The translations under genes and the position numbers were made by a program. 64,000 bases of DNA, from NCBI RefSeq assembly GCF_036588685.1, contig NC_086384.1:59210001-59274000 (forward strand), given 5' to 3'. The notes beneath the pieces are model-generated. The model was given only the letters and a program-made list of their open reading frames with translations, made no database searches and was not told the origin of the DNA. This DNA comes from Mytilus trossulus (Eukaryota). Of the stretch, positions 52,037 to 64,000 are shown piece by piece (positions within the stretch are counted from its first letter, which is position 1; each line of letters begins with the position of its first letter).

Positions 52037-53210
52037 AAAATACGATGTTCACAGTACGAAGTACAGGCTAGAATTAACTATATAAAACAGTCACTTTACA
52101 ACCTAATTTTTTGGCGCCAAAAATTCCTACGCCTACACGTACATGTATTACACATGCGCAAGAAGACAATCAATTCCCGTTATACTTATGTGCCTCGGGA
52201 ATTTTTTATTAATGTGGTATACAATTCGACATCACCTTCAGTAGGTCTTGCTTTGACTTTGTTAACATAGTTATTTATATATGTATACACAAAAAAAATA
52301 CTTCAAGAAGTGGAGGAACTGCCTCCCCTGACTCACTGCAACAACGTATGATCTATTAAAATTATATACTCTATCTCGTGCATGTTATTCAATCCATCTT
52401 GTATTGGAAAGGATTTGTAAAGGCACTGCCTCTTGTCCAATCCCTTTGTTTAAATGTATATTTGATATTTGAACAATACAAAATTTGGAATTGAATTTAC
52501 AGAGATAACATGAATTATATAATCATGAACAATACATTAAAACATTAATAACATAACATATAAATGATAAAGTTTTGAGCAATATGCAATATTTACATAT
52601 AAATGAAAATGATCAGTTCAAGAGCAAAAGAGTTTATATCGCGTGCTGTCGATATTACATGTGCTAGCATTATACTATATTGTTCAATTGACGATTGTAT
52701 TCGGATGCATATTTTGTTACATGGATGTAGCAAAGTCGCTTGAATGCTAGACAGTAACTGTTTTTGATGACTACGCGTCATAACAGTGTATACAGTACTG
52801 TATAAAACAAACCGACAATAAATTAAAATCAGAATAAAAGTTACAGAATTTAATTAACGATAACCAATAAATTAGTGAACCCCGTGTTTCACCAAAATTT
52901 GTTAATCTCAAAGTATCAGCCACACACTTACCAATCAGAGACCATATAACAAATTAATGAGATGTGGTATGATTGCGAATGAGACAAATACCCATCCAAG
53001 GTCAAAGTTCGAAGTGGATGTTAACAATTAAGGGCAACCGTAGGACTTCCACGATGAGAAAAAACCATACTGTATTTCCAGCTATAAAAAGCCCTGACAT
53101 AACAAAAAAAGTAAAGCTATGCAAATGTGAAAACTAGCGAATCATTGTGATATTAAAAGTATTGTTAAAAGATATAATATACTTTAAAAGTTGTAATGCC
53201 TTACATATGT

Positions 53211-53890
53211 AAGCCTCGGTCACACTTTACAGGATAGCTCGAACGGACGCTTAAAGCCTCGGTCACACCTTACTGGATAGCACGAACAGTCGCCTAACGG
53301 ATGAAAATAAAAGTTGTCCGTTGACAAAATTGTTATCCGCTGGGAGTCTGTTGGTGTCTTGACCGAAGACAATGGACGTGTAGCGAATGCATAATGGACA
53401 CACACCGGATATGCAATGTACAAGAAACGGAAACGTAACGGACAAAACGTATGTCGAACGTACATTCAACGGACGAGTACCACATAAAACGGACACATAA
53501 CGGGAGCGTACCGGATACAACGGATGAATAAGATATACGAAACAATTAAAGGCGACAAAAATAATGCATGTACATTGCATAAATATTCAAAATGTTTCTG
53601 TGTAACTAGTTTTCGTTTGTTCTTCAAAATGCTTCCAAAGGGCAGTGTCTTGCCTGAATAAGAGCTGCTTGATTGTGAAGACGTGCATTTACTCTAAGAT
53701 CGATTATGAATAATTGGAATTCATGAACTTAAGAAATCTGACATACCAATATATATATACATGGCATTTCTGACGTGAAATTTTTGAATGGCATTTTTCC
53801 GTTTCAGATCCGTTCATCATCCGTTTTATCCGTTATACGTCCAGTAGAAGTCCGTTTCTCATTCGTTCAACATCCGTTTTATCCGTTGGT
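53211..53890. mobile_element. DNA transposon-like remnant with AACGGA/TCCGTT inverted repeat clusters
   Basis: Duplicated terminus AAGCCTCGGTCACAC; oppositely oriented AACGGA motifs. Confidence 0.5.
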
Positions 53891-55701
53891 GAATTTATCT
53901 TCCAGACACGTAAAAGAAGGAATTAAAATTTTAAACAGTAATGCTGATCTTATTAGACTATTTAAATACACAGTAAAACATTATATAACTTACCTGTATG
54001 AATAATTGTGTGATGCAAGATGTATGAGAAATGTTTTTGAGAAACACTTTTTTAAGAATAATATTCTGGTACAAGAAACCGAAGGTGTCATAACATGTAA
54101 TTTCTAATTATTGTGCTGATTATATTTGTCATTATACTTCAAAAATTGCCTTGTGATATTATTGTGTAATATATATTAAAGTTGTTGTATATTTAAGTTG
54201 AAAAATTTAATAAACCAAGGAAATAAAATCTATTAAAAAGCATGTTAATGAGCCATGAAAGACTGAAATATCTCTAAGTACACATCCAATATCCAATGCA
54301 TTTAGAGTTAAAACGCATCATTATCAGTAAGAGAAAATACGATCATATGAAGATATGGGTATCGACAGGTCAAAATATCTAAAGGCTCTATATATGTATA
54401 CCTGCATCGTCAACAATGTACACTCGTCAACATTTCCAAAGGACCTCTTAGTTATGTTGATCATTATTGTTTGTGTCTACAGCTTCTCTCTATCTGCTTA
54501 ATACAAAAAAATGATATAATTTGCCATTTAATGCCAATCATTCATAAAGTGTCTGCAGTAACTACAATTTCTGCTAAATTTGGCTTATTTGTAGATCAGA
54601 TCTATAGTCTTATATAAGAATTGGACTGACGGTTTGTTTATCTATAAAAAATATCTAATGTGTAGATCTTGTCGTGCTGATAATTTTTGCTTATTTACGT
54701 TTTTTGTCTATCTATTACAGGTTTTAAGATATAAGCCAAAAATGAAAAAAAAAACAACAGGTAAAAGTCGTTTAAATGAGCGGGAGTCAGTCTGGGCCTT
54801 ATTATTTTTGTATTGCAATTTATTTTAAGAGTGATCATTGATGAAACAAAATGCTGGCGTTGTTTGGTTAATAATATTATATGAAAATTTTGAAATACTG
54901 TTTTAGAAATACTGTTTTATTAAAGGTTGTTCACGTTTGTTGATCTAGATAAAATTCTGCAATGTAGAAAAATGCAACGAGTATTTGTCGCTGTTTCAGT
55001 ATCTATAAAATTACTATTTTTGTGGTTTTGTCCTTCAGTAATATTAGAAGGGTGTGATCCCTGAATCCGCTTATTGTTTTGTCAGATTCCCGTATCTCGC
55101 TTATCAATTTTATAATAACGCTTGTAATTTCACGCGTCCCGCCTTCCTTTTTTTACCCACAAGCTTATTTGCACGTGTCACACTTACAAACAAATTGGCC
55201 AATTCCGCGTCAAGCTTCAACCCCATTGAGACACTGTGACACTTAGTAGCAAGTGTAAATTTCTTTAACTCAATCATATTTTGATAATAATGTTTCTTAA
55301 TAATACATTAAAGTTAACACTTTATTATTTTATCTTACTTATATCTAATCCTATTACTATTTATGAAGTTTTATTTTCTAGCTTCGAATGTAGGTCATTT
55401 TTAGGTTAGTCTCTAAATGATTTAATATTTATTTTTGTTAGATCTTATTAAGTTCTAATCCATATTTTGCAATATACCAATATTTGAACCTGTAATACAT
55501 ATTAGTTACAGTTGATAACATTTATACATGTTATAACGATCAAAAGATTAAATCGAAAAAATTTGGAACTAAAAGTTCAACATAATTTTGTGACCCAGCT
55601 GTAATAAGAAATGTGATTGTTTTCGTTAAAATGTAGACCATCATAGTCTGAATGCTGCTGCAGAATAGTATATGATTAAATTTGAACTTAATTAAAACAA
55701 G

Positions 55702-56578
55702 ATGAAAATTGTAGAAGTGTTTGTGTACTTATGTACAACGTACATTGGATATGTGTATAGTGCACAGCCTACCGGGTGTACATACGACAGTACAGATTCA
55801 TCAACAGGTATCTATACGTGTACATTCGGAAGTTACACAGCACCACTTACCTTTACTGCGTTCACTGATCCGTATCCACAACGTCTTATCATCAATGCTG
55901 TAAGCGGCACTTTACCAACAAACACTTTCTCGGGATTTTCATCGTTTGCTGCTAATTTGATAGATCTTGATTATGCTGCAAGCTTACAGGTTATTTGTAG
56001 TTCTGGAGGAACACTGACAATTTCGCAAGCTTTATTTTCGAGCATGAGCTATCTACAGGAACTGAAAATAAGTAACTGTGATATTCAGTCGCTTCCTTCG
56101 AGTGTTTTCTCAAACTTAGTAACACTCGATTCTCTGTGGATTGAAGGAGGTTCAGTCAACACACTAGCAACTAATATTCTTACGGGTTTATCTATAGAAA
56201 AATTGGACGTTCCAGTCCCGACCGGCGAATTTGTCATAAAGAACACTGTGGTTTCCGGTAATCAAATTCCGGTCGGTATGCTTGATGGACTGACTGCTGT
56301 TAAATCAATTAGATTCGACAACATCGGACTGACTTCCGTTGATGATGCACTGTTCAGTCTGAATACAGCTCTGACGTCTTTGTCACTTGTTAACAATGCT
56401 GGGATAACAAAGATAGAAACTGCTTTGATAAGCACACTGGAGGGGTTATCTTCCCTTGATCTAGATGGTATCCCGTTTGAATGTACGTGCGATAACTTAT
56501 GGATCCTCACTCATGCCACAATGAATGGTATAGCCTTACCATCAGGAATCATTTGCGGCACACCTGCTGAATACCAGA
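55702..56578 (+). CDS. LRR transmembrane paralog 4, exon 1; full protein ~399 aa
   Basis: Signal peptide, LQELKISNCDIQSLPSSVFSNL, PFECTC; phase-1 donor CAGA|GTACGT. Confidence 0.9.
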
Positions 56579-57462
56579 GTACGTATTTGTTATGACAATC
56601 GTATTGATATACAATATAGTTTGATCATGTAGGTTGCACTTGCTTCTGTTTCACAACCCACGCCCATTTTGGGGAGATAATTAATATTCATAGATACTTT
56701 GTTTGTTAACGTAATGAATCCAAGTCTGAGATAAGCTACATACAGTTATACATGCTTCATCTCATAGAGACATAACTTGAGAAATGTTACCAGTATCAAT
56801 ACACTTGAATAGTGGCTAAATTGAATTCTGAGAAAGACCCAAAGTGAAAGGAGGGGTATATATAAAAGGATTTGGTAAGATTGCCAATGAGACAACTGTC
56901 CACAAGAGACCAAAATGACACAGATATTAACAACAGTAGCTCACTGTATGGCCTTCAACAATGAGCAAAGCCCATACCGACCGGTCAGCTATAAAAGGCC
57001 TCGAAAAGAAAATGTAAAACATTTCAAACGAGAAAACTAGCTGCCTTATCTATTTATAAAAAATGAACGAAAAATAAATATGTAACATATAAAACACGAC
57101 AACCATTGAATTACAGGCTCCTGACTTGGGACAGGCAAATACGTAAATAAAGTGGTATATACAGTAGAACATAATTTTAGTATAAATTAGTGCCTAATTA
57201 TTTGGAAGTTCGGGCATATAAATGTTGAAAAATGTCACACCGCTTTTATTGCTGTACTTCATCTGAAAGTCAAAGTGATGCCTCCAAAATGGAACAAAAT
57301 AAAAACTATATAACTTTACTACAAGGTAATGTCGGCCGCTACCGTTGGCTTTATTATATTTAGTACTGGTTACATTGCCAATGAAAGTGCTTCACTCATG
57401 GCTTATTTAGTAAATAAGTTTTGTGATTCCATAATGATTAACAAGGCTATATTTTTATTCAG

Positions 57463-57528
57463 ACAAGAAAGCTTCCAAGTATTATGACGAGATGTGTGAC
57501 ACAGCAAACGCGTGTGGAGATTTACCAG
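57463..57528 (+). CDS. Paralog 4 exon 2: (N)KKASKYYDEMCDTANACGDLP(G)
   Basis: tttattcag acceptor, CAG|GTTAGT donor. Confidence 0.85.
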
Positions 57529-57918
57529 GTTAGTATAGAACGTTTGAATATACAAAAGGAACAATCCAATTTCATAAGACAAGGAAATGACCAACGAACT
57601 CGTGGCTAGAAAAATACAAAAAAGGACCTTGAAAATTCTACATAACTCTACATGAGAACTTAACGTAGACGACCAGAACACCAACACAATACCGGGGTTG
57701 ATCTCATATCGATTTAACCACGAATTTAAACCATAAACCATCTTCTGTTTAAAAAAAAAAAATCATTTGATCATGTTGGTCAAATTGCTTTATAAATTTG
57801 TCGACATTTGTTTGCAATCAGACCATAGATTTTTTTCCATGAATACAAAGTGGAATACAACCTCCCAGTGGTTAATCAAAATATAAAAAATATCAATCAA
57901 CATACTTTTATATTTCAG

Positions 57919-58175
57919 GTATAACCCTGGGTCCAACGATATGTATGACTATTATCGAGATTGTCAGTTATTGTATCCTAGCTGTTACCATGGTAATAGC
58001 AATAGTAGCACTTGTTATCATATGTTATGTCAGAAGGAAACTGGTCATTGCCAAAGAAAATCTGGAGAAGAAGAGAAATAGCTCATGGGCACGTGTACAA
58101 AATGCACTGAAGAAGGGCGGAGCATCTGGTCAAAAACCACCATTGAGATCTTCACAAGTAGATGGTTGGGTGTAA
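57919..58175 (+). CDS. Paralog 4 exon 3: TM + tail
   Basis: tttcag acceptor; IVSYCILAVTMVIAIVALVIIC; KKRNSSWARVQNALKKGG. Confidence 0.88.
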
Positions 58176-58334
58176 CAAATATTGATAAACCAATAGCTGT
58201 CTGAGTTTGCCTGTCCTTAATTGATGTTAAAACACTGTATACAACTGCTTAACAAATAGATGCTTGGAATCTTATTTACGTCATTAAAACACATTTAATA
58301 AAATGTTTTATAGAACACGTTTTTAACATAGATA

Positions 58335-59076
58335 TTTTTATGCCCCACCTACGATAGTAGAGGGGCATTATGTTTTCTGGTATGTGGCTCCGTCCGTTCG
58401 TCCGTTCGTCCGTCTGTACGTCCGTCCGTACGTCCGTTCCATTTCAGGTTAAAGTTTTTGGTCAAGGTAGTTTTTGATGAAGCTGAAGTCCAATCCACTT
58501 GAAACTTAATACACTTGTTGCTTATGATATGATCTTTCTAATTTTAAAGCTAAATTAGACTTTTGACCCCAATTTCACGGTCCACTGAACATAGAAAATG
58601 AAAGTGGTCATTTCAGGGTTAAAGTTTTTGGTCAAGGTAGTTTTTGATGAAGCTGAAGTCCAATCAACTTGAAATTTAATACACTTGTTGCTTATGATAT
58701 GATCTTTTTAATTTTTAAGCCAAATTAGACTTTTGACCCCAATTTCACGGTCCACTGATCATAGAAAATGAAAGTGGCCATTTCAGATTAAAGTTTTTGG
58801 TCAAGGTAGATTTTGATGAAGCGGAAGTCCAATCAACTTGAAACTTAATACACTTGTTGCTTATGATATGATCTTTCTAATTTTAAAGCCAAATGAGACT
58901 TTTGACCCCAATCTCATGGTCCAGTGCACATAGAAAATGAAAGTGGCCATTTCAGGTTAAAGTTTTTGGTCAAGGTAGTTTTTGATGAAGACTTTTGACC
59001 CCAATTTCACGGTCCATGGAACATGGAAAAGGATAGTGCAAGTGGGGCATCCGTGTACTTTGGACACATTCTTGTT
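58335..59076 (+). mobile_element. HINE-like element with ~170-bp internal repeats
   Basis: TTTTTATGCCCCACC..., (GTCC)n, 3+ repeats, GTGGGGCAT sub-TIR and terminal hairpin. Confidence 0.8.
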
Positions 59077-59419
59077 TAATGTAGATTAATACGATCCTGA
59101 TTCAGAAGTCATATAGTTATCCGTTGCTTGATATCCAACATAGATATACTATAATTTATTGGATGATCACTAGCGCATAACAGGTGAAAGGTCGCAAATA
59201 GGGGTACATCACCCAACATTGTGTTGTTATCTTAATCACTATAAAAACAAACAAATATGTAACAAAGACTTACAAAAACAAATAGACAAAGCACATATTA
59301 AGCAGAATACAAAAGGTATCATAGAACAATAACACAATGACGGGATGTATAAGTACAGAGCCACGTCATACATGTATGCATCAAAGAAACACAAAATGGC
59401 ATATAGAAAAAAGGTTCAT

Positions 59420-60599
59420 TCTGGCTATTCCTACATTTTGAAATTTATAGGTAAAATAGTAAAATTTTATGTAGGAGTTCCCAGAATTTTTTGTAAACAA
59501 TGGGATTATGTAGGACTATGTTGTAACAACATTAAACTAATGAGATCTAAAGAATCAAGGTAAATGCAGGTAATTCTTGTAGAAAATAAAGAAAAAGAAT
59601 AATTTATATCACAATCTTATATTTCATTTAATAATTTCAACGGCACAGTTTATATAAATAATATTCAATTTCATAATATAAATTCATAGCTTTAATTGCA
59701 TGCACAAGTAATTCCAATTATTTACAATAATATATACAAGTAAATAATATCATTTGAAATATCAATGTTAAATCATTCTTTAATCAAAGCAATAAATGTT
59801 GAGTTACAATAAACAAAGCACCAAAAGTATACTAAATTTAAATTTATTTATAGCACTCACATAGTTATACAACATATAAGAGAATACAAAGTATTTATCA
59901 ATGTGCAGGAGATGAGAAGCAGCATCTCCATACTCGACTGGAGTAAGTTCATCATTCTGTAACCTTATTATCTATTATTAATGTTTTTGATAGTATATTC
60001 ATTTTTAAAAATCATAATTTGTTAAAATAATGAAATTAATAAATCTTTTGTGCCTGTCCCAAGTCATATCAGGCCTTTTATAGCTGACTCTGCGGTATGG
60101 GCTTCGCTCATTGTTGAAGCCGTACAGTGACCTATAGTTGTAAATGTCTGTTTCATTTTGGTTTCTTGTGGACAGTTGTCTCATTGGCAATCTTACCACA
60201 TCTCCTCATTTATATTTGAGGCTGAAGTTGAAAGTGTAGGTAACTATTAATTTTTTATTTACTTTTTTTTCAGACTTTCCAGACTTTAAAGTGCTTTAAA
60301 TTAACTACTTTTTCTTTCATCTTATTTTTATTTGTCCAATGCTTTTTTTTTTAGAAATTCCATGGTATTAAAACACTTAAAATTATTACTTTATGCATGT
60401 TTTTGAACAAGAAAGTCCCATTTTTTACATGTAATTAAGGATTTTTATTTAATTTCCACAGGTAAATTTACCTTTGACCAAATTAGACACTTATGACTAA
60501 ACCAACATATTTGCAATAACAACATGAATTGTTCTTCCACTAATCTCCCATGTAGGAATAGGCAGAATAGTAAAATACAAAATGTAGGAATAGCCAGAA
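59420..60599. mobile_element. Non-autonomous TIR element
   Basis: TCTGGCTATTCCTACATTTTG / CAAAATGTAGGAATAGCCAGA inverted pair. Confidence 0.6.
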
Positions 60600-62018
60600 G
60601 ACACCAGAAAACCAGTCCATGTACAATAAACTATATATAAACTGAATTTAATTTTGTAATTACTAATAATTAACCAAATTAAATTGTTGTATTGAGGTCC
60701 AAGAATACTGACTCGTTACATGTACCAGTGTAAGGTTTGTGCTGCTCTCACCATTTTACATTTGTCTAATGATATTATGTGGATGAGTCAATATGATAAA
60801 CAGTGGCTAACATTCAATTTGTCTACCCACAAATATTTCATATTTTGAACTGAGATATATTGAAATATGCCTTTTTAAATCTCATAATGCTTGCTCTTCC
60901 AGAATAATCATTCTTCCTAGTTACATTTCAATTATTATTATAGTTGGAACAAGCTCGACGCTTAACTTAATTGTGAAGGAAAACATTCGTGAAATTGGCA
61001 TTCAATTTATAAAATCGAGAACGGAAACGGGAAATAAGTCAAAGAAACAACCAAAACATAGAGCAGATAATAGCCGAAGTGCTGACCAATTGGTCTTGAA
61101 AAAAAACCAGAAACATCTCGCACATGGTAGTGTTCCATAGCTTGACCCTAAATACAAACGTGAACTAGTTGAGTGAAAATGGACGTCATAAACTAAACTA
61201 CAAAACAAAAAAATGAACTAAAATTAAAATATATTCCTACAAGACTAACAAAGGCCAGAGGATCCTGATATTTTTTCTCTTTTTTTTTTTGCTTTATTTA
61301 TTTGTATCCTGGTATCTATGATGAGTGTATTTATCACCCTGTTATTTTGAAAAAAAAAAGTAGCGAACATCTTTAAACTTCTTGATGTCTTTTCTTAACT
61401 CACGGAGATAAACAGCTATTAGAGATTCCTTATTTTATTTGTGTTCAATTGTTGGATTGCTGACTAGTTAAAAACATCCAGTTTGAAATCTCTTTGTATT
61501 CATCAATTTAATGCCTGTACCAAGTCAGGAATATGACAGTTCTTGTCCATTCGTTTTTGATGCGTTTTGATATTTGATTTTGTCATGTGATTATGGACTT
61601 TCCGAATTGATTTTCCTCTAAGTTCAGTATTTTTGTGATTTTAATTTTAATTGTTTTAAAAAAAGATTCTTTTGTGAGAAATTTATTTTATAAAAACATA
61701 AACTACAGGAACTGTTATCATTAGTTTATTGGAACTGTTAGCTTGTAACCCGGATTTGGTCTCGATTTATGAGTTTCGAACAGCGGTATACTACTGTTGC
61801 CTTTATTCATCATGCCGTTTTGAAATTCAAATGTCTTTATAGTCAGCGTGCATCTAATGGTAAAAAAAATCAAAATATTAAAATCAAATACATAAAGGGC
61901 GTCTATACTTAATCCTTAATTTATTTGTTTTGTTTAATCGCATTTATAGTGCAAGTAATATGCAGACCGGATAAAGAAGATTAAACCCATAAGTTTACAT
62001 TACAATCACAGATTCTAT

Positions 62019-62940
62019 ATGTTATGTTTTATTATATTTATGTTCTCTAAAATGTTAAAAAATTGTAAGATTTTTCCGTTTGCAATCTACTTTATTTTAT
62101 TGTTTGAGACAATAAATGGAACTTCTCCGACCGGTTGTAGTTATGACAGCGCCTATTCATCAACAGGGATATATACTTGTATATTTGGAAGCTACGCGGA
62201 ACCTTTGACTTACTCAGCTTTTTCAAGTCCACTTCCACAAAGACTGAAGATCACGAATTTAAACGGAAACTTGCCAGCCAGTGGAAGTGCATTTTCGGGA
62301 TTCTCAAGTTTTACCTCTGGTTCGTTCGACAGAAATTACCCAGCTCACCTCGAACTTGTCTGTACAACGTCAGGTTCGTTAACTCTTACAACGAATACTT
62401 TCACCGATATGAGTTATCTACAGGAAGTTAAGTTTTCTTATTGTGACATAGTTTCCTTATCGAATGGCATGCTAGGACCATTCGGAAGTCTGAACTCATT
62501 GATATTTGAACACGGATCTATAGCGTCTTATTCGGCAGACTTTTTAACATCTGTTACGATAGAATCACTTGCTGTTGCTGAACCTAAGGGAGAACTTATT
62601 GTGAAGGATTGTTCGATTACTCCAACTACAATACCAGCAGGTGTGTTCGACGGACAAACATCGATACGATCAATACAATTAGTGAAAGCTGGGGTTACAT
62701 CTATTGATGCTTCAGCGTTTAGTCTGACAACTCAGCTTAATTATATATCTCTGGTCGACAATTCTATTACGTCATTGGAGAGTAATCTTTTCACAAGTAT
62801 TAAAAGTCTGTCGTCCATTGATCTAGGTGGACTTCCATATGACTGTTCCTGTTCAAATTTAGACGTTCTAACGTATTCTAGTGAAAACTCTGTAAAACTG
62901 CCGTCTGATTTAATCTGTAACACACCAGCCAGTTCTCAAG
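62019..62940 (+). CDS. LRR transmembrane paralog 5, exon 1 (start Met uncertain)
   Basis: LNYISLVDNSITSLESNLFTSI, PYDCSC; phase-1 donor CAAG|GTATGT. Confidence 0.9.
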
Positions 62941-63335
62941 GTATGTTTATTATTAAAAAAAAATGAAATTCGTAAGTAATATCATTCAAGTGTTAACCTT
63001 ATCTTTAAAAACAACATTCGTAAAAAAAAAAATCTTGTGAAATAGTGATGGAGCGTAAGCTGACAAAAATATATTTTACTTTGAAATATCCTGTTATCTG
63101 TATTGAAACTTACTCAGGTAGTCTAGAAATAAGGGGGAAAACCAAGCCTGAAATGGGTGTCATCAAAGTTTGTTCTTGGATAAATCAGATCTTTGTTCTC
63201 TTCATAAGCGCACATATTTGATAGTAAATATAAAATTTCTTATGATTAAAAACAAACACTGTTGTTCGGAATATCAGGACAGGTACAACAATATTTGAAG
63301 TTTTGTATAAATGATTATAAATGGTATTTTTGTAG

Positions 63336-63392
63336 ATAAAAAAGCTACAAAGTTTTACGCTGAGACCTGTGCTACAGTGTCAAGTTGTTCAG
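63336..63392 (+). CDS. Paralog 5 exon 2: (D)KKATKFYAETCATVSSCS(G)
   Basis: tttttgtag acceptor, CAG|GTAAAT donor. Confidence 0.85.
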
Positions 63393-63828
63393 GTAAATAC
63401 AGATTTTGCTTTCTTTCAAAATTAATTGTTTATTTTACCGGTATATCCTGATCTGACTGATCAACTGATTTTTGTTGTTGTTGATTTTATGCTGAACTGT
63501 AACACCACTAACCAAGGTAATAGAGATGATTGAATGCCCCAAAAAATTTATCCCCGCGATAGCCGATTATCAGTTGTCTATGACTTATAAGAATATCCGT
63601 CCGTTTTACTAATTCATTGTTTGTTTTAATGTTTGAGATAACTTTCAGCACTATTTCCTAATATCTACAACAGCATCACTTCTCAGAATAGGGTACAATG
63701 TATGAACCAAAAGCATGATTTATACTTATTGATTTTATTGTTGATGTGTTAAACTTTAGCTTGAAAAAGAAATCTACTTTGATTTAAGCTGTGGTCGAAT
63801 TTTAATATTTACTTTAATTTGATTGTAG

Positions 63829-64000
63829 GTTTGTCTTGTTATACTGCGATAGAAATCGTAGGATTCGTCTTACTAGGCCTAGCATTAATTGTCGCTTGTG
63901 TTGCCTTGGCAATGATTTGTCATGCAAAGCGACAAATAACTTCTGCTGCAATATCATCCAGGAGAAGACGACCAAATAGATGGTCAAAAATGAAAAATGC
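63829..64000 (+). CDS. Paralog 5 exon 3 (runs off the window): TM + tail
   Basis: ttgtag acceptor; LSCYTAIEIVGFVLLGLALIVACVALAMICHAKR...RRRRPNRWSKMKN. Confidence 0.85.

Larger units (their letters stand above)
47327..52208 (-). mobile_element. Tyrosine-recombinase retrotransposon (DIRS order, PAT-like) with split direct repeats A1-ORFs-B1A2-spacer-B2
   Basis: A: 52037-52208 = 47853-48024; B: 48022-48109 = 47327-47414; gag/RT/RNaseH/MT/YR ORFs inside. Confidence 0.93.

Overview
AT-rich eukaryotic (animal) genomic DNA. The repeat content suggests a bivalve such as Mytilus; this is an inference. The window holds four things. (1) The 3' exons of an unidentified + strand gene (about 4633-12459). 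(2) A tandem cluster of five divergent + strand paralogs encoding single-pass leucine-rich-repeat (LRR) membrane proteins. Each has three coding exons joined by phase-1 introns: signal peptide plus LRR ectodomain, a 57-69 bp Cys micro-exon, and a TM segment plus short basic tail without TIR domain. (3) An apparently young tyrosine-recombinase retrotransposon (DIRS order, PAT-like split direct repeats) at 47327-52208. (4) Many MITEs, Helitron/Helentron-type elements and TE remnants. The most striking pattern is that six unrelated tandem arrays (units of 62, 54, 23, 40, 43 and 92 bp) each appear to be built from the end of an exon plus its 5' splice donor and the first intronic bases, amplified 9 to about 90 times into the intron. 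Five are anchored on exons inside the window; the parent exon of the 62-bp array would lie upstream. Exon models were read by eye from splice signals, frame continuity and paralog similarity; no database or RNA evidence was used.
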